This document shows, piece after piece, positions 13,750 through 24,540 of a DNA stretch of 64,000 nucleotides (the stretch's first letter is position 1; each line of letters starts with the position of its first letter). The DNA is taken from positions 8,308,001-8,372,000 of the forward strand of contig CM059443.1 in the NCBI GenBank assembly GCA_030390025.1. Reading direction: 5' to 3'. The position numbers and the translations under genes were made by a program. The stretch is from Squalus acanthias (taxonomy: Eukaryota). A model generated the notes under the pieces. The model had not been told where the DNA came from. It searched no databases and was given only the letters and a program-made list of their open reading frames with translations.

Positions 13750-14150
13750 AGCGGTGTAGTGGTTATATTACTGGATTAGTAATCCAGCAGAACATGAATT
13801 CAAATCCCACCGTGACAGTTTGAGAATTTAAATTCAGTTTTCAAAAAATCTGGAATAAAAAAAAGTTGGCATCAGTAAAATTGTCCATGAAGCTGTCAGA
13901 TTGTCATTAAAAACCCAACGTGTTCACTAATGACCTTAGGGAGGGAAACCTACTGTCCTTACCCAGCCTGGCTTATATGTGAGTGCAGTCCAACATCAAC
14001 GGGGTTCATTCTTAACTGTCATCTAAGGTGGCCTAGCAAGCCACTCAGTTGTATCAAACTTCAAGAAGAAGGCCCACTACCACCTTCTCAGAATAACTAG
14101 AGATGGGCAATAAATAACGGCCTTGCCAGCAATGCTCATAGCCCGATGAT
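13750..14150 (+). mobile_element. tRNA-derived SINE
   Basis: A-box gtagtggtt and B-box-like aattcaaatccc head; tail ggccttgccagcaatgctc; related copy at 36090-37025. Confidence 0.7.
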
Positions 14151-14649
14151 GTTCCTTCGATCACCTGTGGATTAGTTGGAGGCCAATTTGGAAAATGGTG
14201 GTTCTGACTCCTGGACAGGACCCATCCAACGAGCCTAAGAACAATGGAGACACAGGATGGTAACATTTGTATCTGCATAATATTTTAGCTTCCACCCCTC
14301 CCCACCTCGCCCCCCGCCCCCCCCCCACCCCCCTACCCCAGGACCCACCACATTCTATTTAAAGAAATTGAAGCTATGATGATTCATCTCATTTCAGCTC
14401 ACGGTGACACTGCTTTGAACTGTGATGAAAGCACATCGATTCACTGAACCAGAGTGGCCAAGGACACGGCCATTGTTCTTGTGACAGGTCGAGAAACCAT
14501 CTCTCTCTGCTGTCTTCAACTGAACAGAGATCCGTGAGTTGATATTTGCTCGTACTATTCATTGTGTGAATATTGCACGTAGTGAATCAATTGGCACTGC
14601 AGGGAGGTAAAATTTCCTTCCTCCTCCAGGTAATTGATAGAAAGGAATA

Positions 14650-15081
14650 AAGACTTGCATTCATATAGCACCTTTCACAACCTCAGGATGTCCAATACAA
14701 TTTACAGCTAACAAAGTAATTTTGAAGTGTAGTCACTGTTGTAATGTAGGAAACGTGGCAGCCATTTTGCACACAACAAGCTCCCACAAACAGCAATTAA
14801 ATGAATGACCAGATCATTCCTTTTTGGTGATGTTTGAGGGATAAATGTTGGCCAGGACACCAGGGAGAATTCCCCTTCTCAGAATAGTACCATGGTATCT
14901 TTTACATGCACCTGGGAGGTCAGATAGGGCCTCAGTTTAATGTCCCATCCGACAGTGCAGCACTCCCTCAGTACTGCACTGAGTGTCAACTGAGATTTTG
15001 TGCTCAAGTCTCTGGAAGTGGACTTGAACCCACAACCTTCTGACTCTGAGGCAAGAGTTCTACCCACTGAGTCACAGCTGA
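14650..15081 (-). mobile_element. DeuSINE (SacSINE1-like)
   Basis: tRNA head with ggttcaagtcc B box, Deu-domain-like core, L2-like tail ggtgctatatgaatgcaagt. Confidence 0.8.
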
Positions 15082-15304
15082 AGCTGTGAAGCCAGCTTAA
15101 ATGTGAGAATAGAAATCACCCCTTAATTATCCTTATTAATCTTAATTCCATTTCCATTTCTATGTTTTAAATCTTTGGCCTTAATTAGACTACATATTAT
15201 ACCTGAGGCAACAGACAATTTACATATCCTGCTTTAGCATTTTATAACCCCCATTTGTCACTTAAATAGCCATTGCTTGACAATTAGGCCAGCCTGGTTA
15301 CAAT

Positions 15305-16388
15305 AGCTCCGATAATAACCCCAAGGCATGTTGGGAACGGGGCTGGGGGGGGTGGCGGGGTGCAATATCGGGTGCGAAACCCGGAAGAAGTCTTGGCGCG
15401 TCGGAATGTTCAATTTCGACGGGGCCACATCATTATAATTTTTCTTCCGGGTCCAGGGCGCCACAGCGGGGGTGGTGCGGACCCGCGTGACGCGATCTCA
15501 ACGGGAAAATTTAAAGGGCCGATCCAAGGATGCTGCCTCCCCTTCCGATGGCCGTGTCTGCCCCTGCACGGGTTCAAGTGGCACAGTCTTTGACAGGGCC
15601 CTCCACAGGCTCCAACACCCAGAGTCTGTCGACCAAAAGCATCTCAACAGTCAGAGCAGGGATCTGAGCAGCCTGCCTCTACCTCTGCTGAAGCCACGGG
15701 GGTTGCGCCATGTAGGAGCAGCAGGAAAAGGAAGAGAAAAGGTTTATAGTTCAACAAATGTATGCCCATGGGTGTAAATGCAAATGTTAGGTCGTTAACT
15801 TTCCATTGTTTATTAGAATCACATAAAACTTTTACTTTGCACCGCTTTCCCCTGTTGCCCATTCTTGGTTGCTGGGTGGCAACTCGTCTTTTCAGTTACT
15901 TGTTGATGAATGGAAAGACAAGAATTGACAGGGACCAATGCGGGATGTGCAATGGGTGGTTGGTTGGTTACAGGACTGCTTTGTGTCAGTGGAATTGAAG
16001 GGGGGAATGGCCATTGGATGTAATAATTGCATTGGTCCAGTGGGAGTGACTAACTGAACCTTACAGCGAGAAGGGAATCCCTGGAATCCCAGGAAGCAAT
16101 CTGAGCGGCTGGTGCGGCGTTGGAGGTGCCATCTTCCTCCTCCTCCTCCTCTGCCTCTTCATTGGAATCGTCCGCAGACAATGTGTGCTGAGCACCTTGT
16201 TCCTCCTGCAGCTCCAATCCTCGCTGCTGCGCAATGTTGTGCAGAGCACAGCATGCCATGATCATTCTAGAGACCCTCGCTGGCGAGTACTGAAGGGCGT
16301 CTCCGGATCTGTCCGGGCACCTGAAGCACATCTTGAACATGCCAATGGCGTCGGAGGGCACAGTCTTCTCCAAGCTCTGCTCAGCTAG
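15305..16388 (-). mobile_element. Harbinger element A (internally deleted): left TIR, Myb-partner C-terminus (+), transposase C-terminus (-)
   Basis: 16050-16380 encodes IGMFKMCFRCPDRSGDALQYSPARVSRMIMACCALHN; the + strand ends RSSRKRKRKGL* near 15750; TIR-like agctccgataataacccc after AAT. Confidence 0.75.
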
Positions 16389-16866
16389 ATGGAGAGGCTG
16401 AACCCAGGGGATCATCAATGGAAAGGAGAATGTTGGATGCTCAGTAGCAACTGTGCGAGGATGGAGGATGGAGGAGACCAAGCGAACATTTGTGGAGTGA
16501 TGTTGCAGGCCCTTTCAAAGTTACAATCTTCCATTGAGAGTCGTGCCACCTCTATTGAACTTGAATCACGGCCCACTATTGAGTCCCTGCAGGCACGGAC
16601 GGCAGCCTTGCAAAGTATCGCCGCCATCATGTCTACCTGCTTCCACATGCTGGCAGATAGAAGACGTGGGATTCCAAGGCATCGCTGATCTCCTCCAAGC
16701 TGCTCTCCCACAGGGCGTCAGGAGTGACGTGCTGCTGGCTCAGGGGAGGGAGGATGATGAGAAGGGAGATGAATGTGCACAATCTTCTTAAATCGCTTTC
16801 ACATCTCACCCGTTGCTTCCCCTCAACCAGCACCCGACATGCTGCCTCCTCTCCCGCTGGCCCAGT

Positions 16867-17356
16867 CATAGAAACATAGAAACATAGAAGATAGGAGCAG
16901 GAGTAGGCCATTCGGCCCCTCGAGCCTGCTCCGCCATTCGATGAGATCATGGCTGATCATCCAAACTCAGTACCCTGTACCTGCCTTCTCCCCATATCCC
17001 TTGATACCTTTAGCTTTAAGAAATATATCTAACTCATTCTTGAATATATTTAATGACTTGGCCTCAACTACCTTCTGTGGTAGAGAATTCCACAGGTTCA
17101 CCACTCTCTGGGTGAAGAAATTCTTCCTCATTTCTGTCCTAAATGGCTTACCCCTTATCCTTAGATTATGACCCCTGGTTCTGGACTCTCCGACCATCGG
17201 GAACATTCTTCCTGCATCTAGTTTGTCCAGACCTGTCAGAATTTTATATGTTTCGATGAGATCCTCGCTCATTCTTCTATACTCCAGCGAGTATAAGCCC
17301 AATCGACCCAATCTCTCCTCATATGTCATTCCTGCCATCCCAGGTATCAGCCTTGT
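16867..17356 (-). mobile_element. CR1 LINE 3' end inserted in Harbinger B
   Basis: YEERLGRLGLYSLEYRR...FFTQRVVNLWNSLP motifs; (tttctatg)n tail at 16867. Confidence 0.9.
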
Positions 17357-17451
17357 GACTCCTGCACCAGAGATCCTCGGCCACGAGCACCTCAAAACAC
17401 AGAGCAAGGAACAGAGCAGTCTCCCAACTACCTCTCCTGAAGCCTCAGGGA

Positions 17452-18877
17452 TGTGCACCAAGCAACACGTGGCGGTACGCGTGCGCAGTAGCACTGTTGC
17501 GGGCTGACGTCACGTCGAGCTCGGCAGCGGCAGAAGTCAGGTGGGCTGGATAGCGCGAAAGAGAAAGAGTCGGGGGTGCGAATGAGCAGCGGCTGACGTG
17601 GTCACGTGGTCAGTGTGGCGTGAAGCTGGGTAGAAGAAAGGAGCAGAGTAAAAGAGAGGAGCAAGTAAAAGAGAGAAGGAACACCGAGGGATCATGTTGA
17701 GCAAATCTTCTTCATTGTCACGGGCTTGTGTGTATTATTATATAGTCTGTAATTCTGTGTCTTGTAAGAACAAGCCATTTGCTGTAAATTTTGCTGTAAC
17801 TTTACCAAACTTAAAAGTTGACCAAAGTTACTATACCAGCATGCTTCGGGAGGCTGAGAGGCTGGTCCCTGTGAGAACTTTGTACGAAAACTGTTAAATA
17901 GATAAAGAAGACATTGGACAGGAACAGAGACTTTCTGCCGAAATGTAGAACAGACTGCTACGGTTGTAAGATGTAAAGGCTGCCAGCTGCCTTTTAACAG
18001 ATAAGGAAAACAGACCTTGAGAGTTCTGTAGGAAGAAACTATTGAACTGTTGAGCCGTCGCAAAAACAGAAACATCTTCAGACTGTGGAATGTAGCCGGC
18101 CTTGAGGCCCACGGGTGCTTAACGGACTATTGAGAAGAAGAACTGAAAAACAACTCATGACCAATATTCGTATAGTTTGGGACACGTACGCAGTGGGAGG
18201 GTTGCCAAATATTACAGTATAAAAGATGCTGTAAAAAGGACACTCAGGGCTGCTTCAGTCGGGGGCAACTTGGTCAGTTAAAATCGTATGTCTAGTCATC
18301 GCCGAATTGACCACCCGCTCGTGTTCGTACATATGTAGTGTTGGCTTATCTTAAAGTAAGGGAATAAATCTGTGTCTGCTTAGTTATAATCGGGAGTATT
18401 ATATGCAACAGTTTTGTGTGAGCTTACTTGTAACCTCTTGCTGATTTTAAGTAAAGGAATTTATTCCTGAATCCTTGGGTTTTGTGTTGTCTGTTCGAAG
18501 GGTCTGGGCTTTGGAAACTGTTGGACAGGTTAAAGGACAAGGGTGAATTTAAACGTCTCACAGTCTTGGAATAACTAAGTCACCACATTTAATGACTATC
18601 TAAAATTGTGTAAAAAATAGAGGATAATTGTTAAATATATGAGATAAATAAAAAGGATTTGAGAACCAATGAAGAATAACGTCTAGTGATTAACAAGCCG
18701 GGATTACTCGGTTCCCCAGCGGAAAGTACCCGCTTCCCTTAAGGGAGAGAGATTCTTACCAACTGACTAAAAGTAAAACAAGACCCGGTTAATTAGTAAA
18801 TTTATTGTACGAGAGGAGACCTCCAGGTGGTAGCTGGACCCACTTAACAGGAGGGCAATATACTCATAATGGTTACA
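17452..18877 (+). mobile_element. Solo-LTR-like insertion in Harbinger B
   Basis: Interrupts the Myb-partner homology; TG...CA ends; TATAAAA near 18218 and AATAAA at 18363; no clean TSD seen. Confidence 0.55.
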
Positions 18878-21203
18878 GATTGCACCATGTAGAAGTGCCA
18901 GAGATAGGAAAAGAAAAGCTTTATAGTTCACCAAGGGTAAGTACCAGGGAGCTTTTTTGATTTAATTTGTTTGATACTGAAGGTGGACAGATGAATTGAT
19001 TGGCAAAATGTGGAACCAGTGGATGGATGGTTACAGAACTGCTTGGCTGGCGGGGGAGGGGGGGAGCGGGTATGACATTGGTCCATTTGTGAGTGACTTG
19101 CTGAACCTTCGAGCTATCAGGGCATCCCTGGCATCTCAAGCAGCAACGTGATTGGCTGGTCTTGCATTGGGCATCCCATCTTCCTCCCCACCATTGGAAT
19201 CCTCATCAGATGAGGAGACCTGAGTGGCTTTTCCTCCTGGACCTCTAGTCCTCGCTGCGGCGCTACGTTGTGCATAACACCGCACACTACGATTATCCTG
19301 GAGACTCTCGCTGGTGAGTACTGAAGGGTGCCTCCAGACCTGTCCTTGCACCTGAAGCGCAACTTCACCATGCCGATGACTTGCTTGACGACACATTAGG
19401 TTGCCATATGGCTCGCATTGTAGCTCTCCTGGTGTGCATCTGCGCGGTTCCTCAGAGGTGTCATCAGCCAGGTTTGAAGGGGCTATGGCTTGTCGCCTCA
19501 CAACCACCCTTTAAGGATCGTTCCAGGTCAGAACATGTTGGGGATATTGGACTGCCGCAGTATGAAAGCATCATGCCGCCTCCCAGGGAACCTGGCACAG
19601 AACTGCGGTTGCTGAATGCTCCTGGTTGGTTAGAGGGTGCTCTGATTGCCATGTGTGTGTAATCGATTATACCCTGCACCTGTGGGAAGCCAGACAGAGA
19701 TGCAAACCCCAGTGAATGCACATTCTGGCTATTGTCATCACAGGGGAAGTTTATATGCCTCCCAGCCCTGGCAAACAACCTATTCGTCACCTGCCTTATG
19801 TATTTATGTGCAGCCGACCAGGAGACCCTCGCTAGGAGACTGCAGACGTCTGCGACCACCTGACGTGACAATCTCAGCCTTCGGAAGCACTGCTCATCCG
19901 ACAGGTCAAGGAAGCTAAGCCTCTGTCTGTCGACTCTGTTAGGTGGATAGGGCGTTCTGTGAGCTTGTCCCCTCTGTTGTTCCTTTCTCTGCTGGCCACC
20001 TGCAGCTCCGTCGACAGCACACCCTTGCTGATGTTGATCCTCATCTTCCTCAATTCAATCGAGAGCAGCCATGGTGCCACCCATCATGAGCTTCTCCGTA
20101 TGAACACCTCAAGATTCTCCAAATAGCTCTCTCACACCAAGTACTCTCACCAAACCGTGTTCCACAGGGAACTGAGAAAGGACCTGTGAGTGCTGAACCT
20201 TTATTGACATCAGGCCTTTAACCACCCTAACGAACAATGTCACCTCCATTTCCCTGGCAAACCCGGGCTGCGCCAGTAAATTTCAATTCCAGCTCCAAAT
20301 GGCATTACAGGAGCCAGATTTAAATATGTTAACAAGCGCCCCGCCTCTTCATGGCGAGACACTCGGATGCCCCAATATCTGCCACCGTAAAAATGGCAGT
20401 GGGCACCGAGTTGGGATTGGGTTCTGCAAATTTGACATTTTCACCCATGACCCTCTTCCACCCGTCGAGCTGGGGGTAATATCGAGGCCAATGTTTCCGC
20501 ATTTCCCACAGTACAACAGTGACTACACTCCAAAAGTACTTAATTGGCTATAAAGCGCTTTGAGCCGTCCGGTGGTCGTGAAAGGCGCTATAGAAATGTA
20601 AGGGGGAAAAATTGGGTGGCGCCCCTAAAGGTTAGCACCCCTCCGCTGGAAATTCATCAGTAGCGCCCCAAGCAGGAGGTGGGGTGCTACTGGAAGCGCT
20701 CCCCCTCCTCCTTGGGACGCTACAACTGAAGATCGCAGTGTTACGTGCAACAGCGCCATGCGCGTCGGCACGTAGCGCCACGTCATTGCGGGCCTAGCGC
20801 TGCGTGCACCAGGGCCCTGCTGGACCACCGGTGAGCAGGGTGCTGTGAAAACTGCGATCACGGCCGGCACCTCGAAAAAATAAGGGGAAGGGGGCAGGTG
20901 CTGGCAGTCGACCAAAATAAAAATGGCCGCCCGACACCTGCTCCTTTTAATAGCGCCGCCACCGCTGCAAAAAACGCCCCCCTAATGCTGTCAGCGCGAA
21001 CTCCACCATTCCACGGACAGCGGAACAATGCGCAACAAAAATTTATCATTTGATGCGATCTGCCAAGGTTTGTACTTATTAGAAATGTCAACTGTAACAT
21101 TTGTTTAAATTTAACTGAACTATTTTTAAAAATGTCTTATATGCATGGGTGATCTAAAGTGACTTCATTATCCAGGCATCTGAGCTTGTCATAAAATTTT
21201 ATG

Positions 21204-22509
21204 ATGTGGAGATGCCGGCGTTGGACTGGGGTGGACAAAAATGAGAAGTCGCACAACACCAGGTTATAGTCCAACAGATTTATTTAATTTTACAAGCTTT
21301 CGGAGCTATCGCTCCTTCGTCAGGTAAGTTAGCAATGAGAGAATCTCCCAGAATTCACAATTTAAACCCAGACAAAATCTATTCACATTATTCGCTACAA
21401 CAAAGAGCACAGCCAAGACAATGAGATGTGTCCCAGGGGGTCCAGCGTGTCAAACCACCTGCTGGCTGCATATCCTGTCGACAGTTCCGACGGGCCACAG
21501 CGAAAAACCGCATAGACCTCCTCAGAAGACGAACACGGGACACAACCAACAGAGTACCCTACGTCGTCCAGTACTTCCCCGGAGCGGAAAAACTACGCCA
21601 TGTTCTTCGCAGCCTTCAACATGTCATCGATGACGACGAACACCTTGCTAAGGCCATCCCCACGCCTCCACTACTCGCCTTCAAGCAGCCGCCTAACCTC
21701 AAAAGTACCATCGTTCGCAGCAGATTACCCATCTTTCAGGAGAACAGCAACCAAGACACCACACAACCCTGCCACGGCAACCTCTGCAAGACATGCCAAA
21801 TCATGGACACAGATACCATCATTACACGTGAGGACACTACCCACCAGGTACACGGTACATACTCATGTGACTCGGCCAACGTTGTCTACCTGATACGTTG
21901 CAGTAAAGGATGCTCCAGAGCATGGTACATCGGCGAGACCATGCAGACACTGAGACAACGTATGAACGGACACCGCGCAACAATCGCCAGGCAGGAGGGT
22001 TGCCTCCCAGTCGGGGAACACTTCAGCAGCCAGGGGCATTCAGCCTCGGATCTGCGGGTAAGCGTTCTCCAAGGCGGCCTTCGAGATACACGACAGCGCA
22101 AAATCATAGAGCAGAAACTGATAGCCAAGTTCCGCACTCATGAGGATGGCCTCAATCGCGATATCGGGTTCATGTCACGATACAGAACGTGACTTGACAT
22201 CATGGCCGGTCTTCCCAGGTGTTTTTTTTGTTTTTTTTTTTTGTTTTTTTTTTAAAAACACAAGAACACAAATTGACAGGATATGCAGCCAGCAGGTGGT
22301 TTGACACGCTGGACCCCCTGGGACACATCTCATTGTCTTGGCTGTGCTCTTTGTTGTAGCGAATAATGTGAATAGATTTTGTCTGGGTTTAAATTGTGAA
22401 TTCTGGGAGATTCTCTCATTGCTAACTTACCTGACGAAGGAGCGATAGCTCCGAAAGCTTGTAAAATTAAATAAATCTGTTGGACTATAACCTGGTGTTG
22501 TGCGACTTC
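21204..22509 (+). mobile_element. Penelope-like element, 5'-truncated, with inverted pseudo-LTRs and GIY-YIG endonuclease
   Basis: ORF 21428-22192 has NVVYLIRC..C..AWYIGET...LRQRMNGH; 238-bp inverted arms at 21242-21479 and 22275-22512; 15-bp TSD tcataaaattttatg. Confidence 0.93.
22427..22464 (+). ncRNA. Minimal type I hammerhead ribozyme motif (mirror copy on - strand at 21290-21327)
   Basis: TTAC-CTGACGA-A-GGAGC-gata-GCTCC-GAAA-GC-TT-GTAA: CUGANGA/GAAA core, stems I and II, palindromic AGCT stem III, as known for Penelope-like elements. Confidence 0.85.
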
Positions 22510-22708
22510 TCATAAAATTTTATGGCTTTGGGGTTAGCTCCGGGTCATCCATTGTCCTCTTATCTTTACTCCACAGCTTTGAGTTCTGAAATTTCAAATA
22601 GTGAAAAAAACCTGTCTCCAAAGCAGCATGTGGTCCTGTCTCAAAGGCAGGTGGCTGGTCTCTGCAGGAAAAACTGAAGTTTCATTTTATTTTCTGTTTT
22701 CATTTGAG

Positions 22709-23670
22709 AGTAAAATTGTTAACCACGCCAGAGATCGTGCCCTGACAGGCGGTGGTGTTGTCACTCTGAGGGAGTTATCGGAGCAAGAGGAAATGGTCAC
22801 GCAATTGCTTGGAATCAGTAGTGGCTGTTCAGTGCCTGGTGCCCAATCAGACATTGGGGTAAGGAACGGTGAGTTGGTCTGCCCAGCTATATGTTTAAAA
22901 CTGTTAGGTGTGTGTTGAATATCAGCTTCTGTGATGTGGCAAATCGTGCTTCACCTTTGTAAATGTTTACTGTTTCCTTCCCCCAGGTGGGCAGCTTCCT
23001 TCTCACACACGGGGATGAACAATGCCTTGAGTCTGCGGCTGCAAAGGGCATTGGGGAAGGGGTTACAGTGGGAGCAGTAAGTGAGGTGGAGGAGGAATTT
23101 GCGCTGTGTCAGCTAGTGGAAGGGGAGGGGATGGACCCTGGGTGGCTGCACAGCACCTCTCCGTCTCCTGGCCCCTCTGGCTCTGTGCCAGGCACAGATG
23201 ACTGTGGTTCCACAGCCAGACACCAACCTGATACTGCAGAGCAGGTGGGAGAAGCAGCAAGACGTTCAACGCAACGGAATGACATCGAAGCTCAGGTGCA
23301 ACAGGTTGAAGGGTTGAGGCAAGAGATGTGTACTCTTCATGGGAAGAAAGTTGACTCTCTTGCCTCTATCAGACAGGCAATTAATGATGTTACTATGGCA
23401 CTTGGTCACTTGCAGTTGCTTAAAACAGTTTCTGCTGCCATTACTTTGACTCCCGCAGAACCGCCCTTGCCTGCTCCCAGCGCAGACACAGCGCAGGCCC
23501 ACGAGACAGCAGCACCACCAATTCTGATGCAAGCAAATGTTGCCTTTCAGCAGCAACAGCAACCCTGTCACGAGCCAATTGCTGAAGGGCAAGAGATGGC
23601 ACACAGGGGCCTTTCACTTGGCAGCAGAGGGCTCCGGTCACGGGGAAGGGGAAAACGCAGGAGACAGTAG
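22709..23670 (+). CDS. Harbinger Myb/SANT-partner protein, C-terminal two exons (22709-22858 and 22987-23670); DNA-binding exon not found
   Basis: SKIVNHARDRALTGGGVVTLRELSEQEEMVTQLLG resembles the post-trihelix TGGG motif; GGG|gtaagg joins ccccag|GTG in phase 0; coiled-coil-like segment and basic end RSRGRGKRRRQ*. Confidence 0.6.
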
Positions 23671-24152
23671 GGTGTCACCTTTTGCACAATCCACCTCCTT
23701 TGACCCTCAGGCACAGATGCGAGGGGGCAAATCGTTCAATTCTTTAATGTTTCGTTTTATTTAAATGTTAAATGTTGTCGTTGCTTTTTTTTATTGAAAT
23801 ATATTATTTGTGACTGAATGTGTATGTAACCGTTTCGTTTAAAAAGTACAGCCTCTAGTCACTTTGAAAAAAAATTCAACTTTTTTATTTGCAAAAACAT
23901 TCAACATTACAACTGTTTGAAAATTAGAAAATAGCTAGTTTCCATCTTGAATCTTGAATGTCTTTATTGCACTAAGAAACCAAAAAAGTCACTTTAAACT
24001 GTTTACAAATTTTATCCAAAAAATTATCTTTGCAAATATTTGCAAAGTAGAAAATAGCTAGGTAACATTTAAAAGTTAAAAACTAAGAACATCAAAACTG
24101 AACCTCAAAAGTCTTTGATGCTGCAATAAAAGTTCAGTTTCACTTTAAATTG

Positions 24153-24468
24153 ACACATTTGACCCATTGTGACCCCACCTCATTGTCTTTGTTGTATTTT
24201 GCTATCGTCTTTGATGTAATGTTTTCCTGACTGACCTGTTTGGACACCATCCACACCTTTGATTGCCGTGATTGTCTCTCTGCCGAGGTGTGATAAAGGG
24301 CAGTTAGAAAGATTAACTGTAGTCGTCTGACATTGTACGCTGCACAGGCATATGCTGTGCCCATATGTATTTCTTCACTTCACCTGACGAAGGAGCAGCG
24401 CTCCGAAAGCTTGTGATTTCAAATAAAGCTGTTGGACTATAACCTGGTGTTGTGCGACTTCTCATTTT
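24153..24468 (+). mobile_element. Penelope-like pseudo-LTR fragment with hammerhead (24380-24416)
   Basis: TCAC-CTGACGA-A-GGAGC-agc-GCTCC-GAAA-GC-TT-GTGA; same 3' end as the 22512 copy; 15-bp TSD tttcactttaaattg. Confidence 0.88.
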
Positions 24469-24540
24469 TTTCACTTTAAATTGTGTGTGTTCCTTTCTTT
24501 GCCTTGCTGGGGGAGGGGGAGGTACAAGGCGACACTATCA

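Larger units (their letters stand above)
16389..20489 (-). mobile_element. Harbinger element B (decayed, with nested CR1 and LTR insertions)
   Basis: Frameshifted transposase at about 19117-20085 (GFPQVQGIIDYTHMAIRAP; LRFRCKDRSGGTLQYSP); Myb-partner C-terminus homologous to 15600-15760 split across 17357-17451 and 18878-18940; right TIR gggggtaatatcgaggcc followed by AAT. Confidence 0.75.

Noticed and set aside
21005-21025. REST/RE1-like ccacggacagcg
   Set aside because: Only the right half matches, it lies inside Harbinger subterminal DNA and is 40 kb from SHD
22300-22360. SECIS element in the Penelope 3' region
   Set aside because: No AUGA...GA quartet with apical AA on the sense strand and no in-frame TGA in the visible ORF
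21204-22509. Novel TIR DNA transposon encoding a nuclease
   Set aside because: The inverted arms are Penelope pseudo-LTRs; the same 3' end occurs without inversion at 24153 and 50866 with variable-length TSDs typical of retrotransposition
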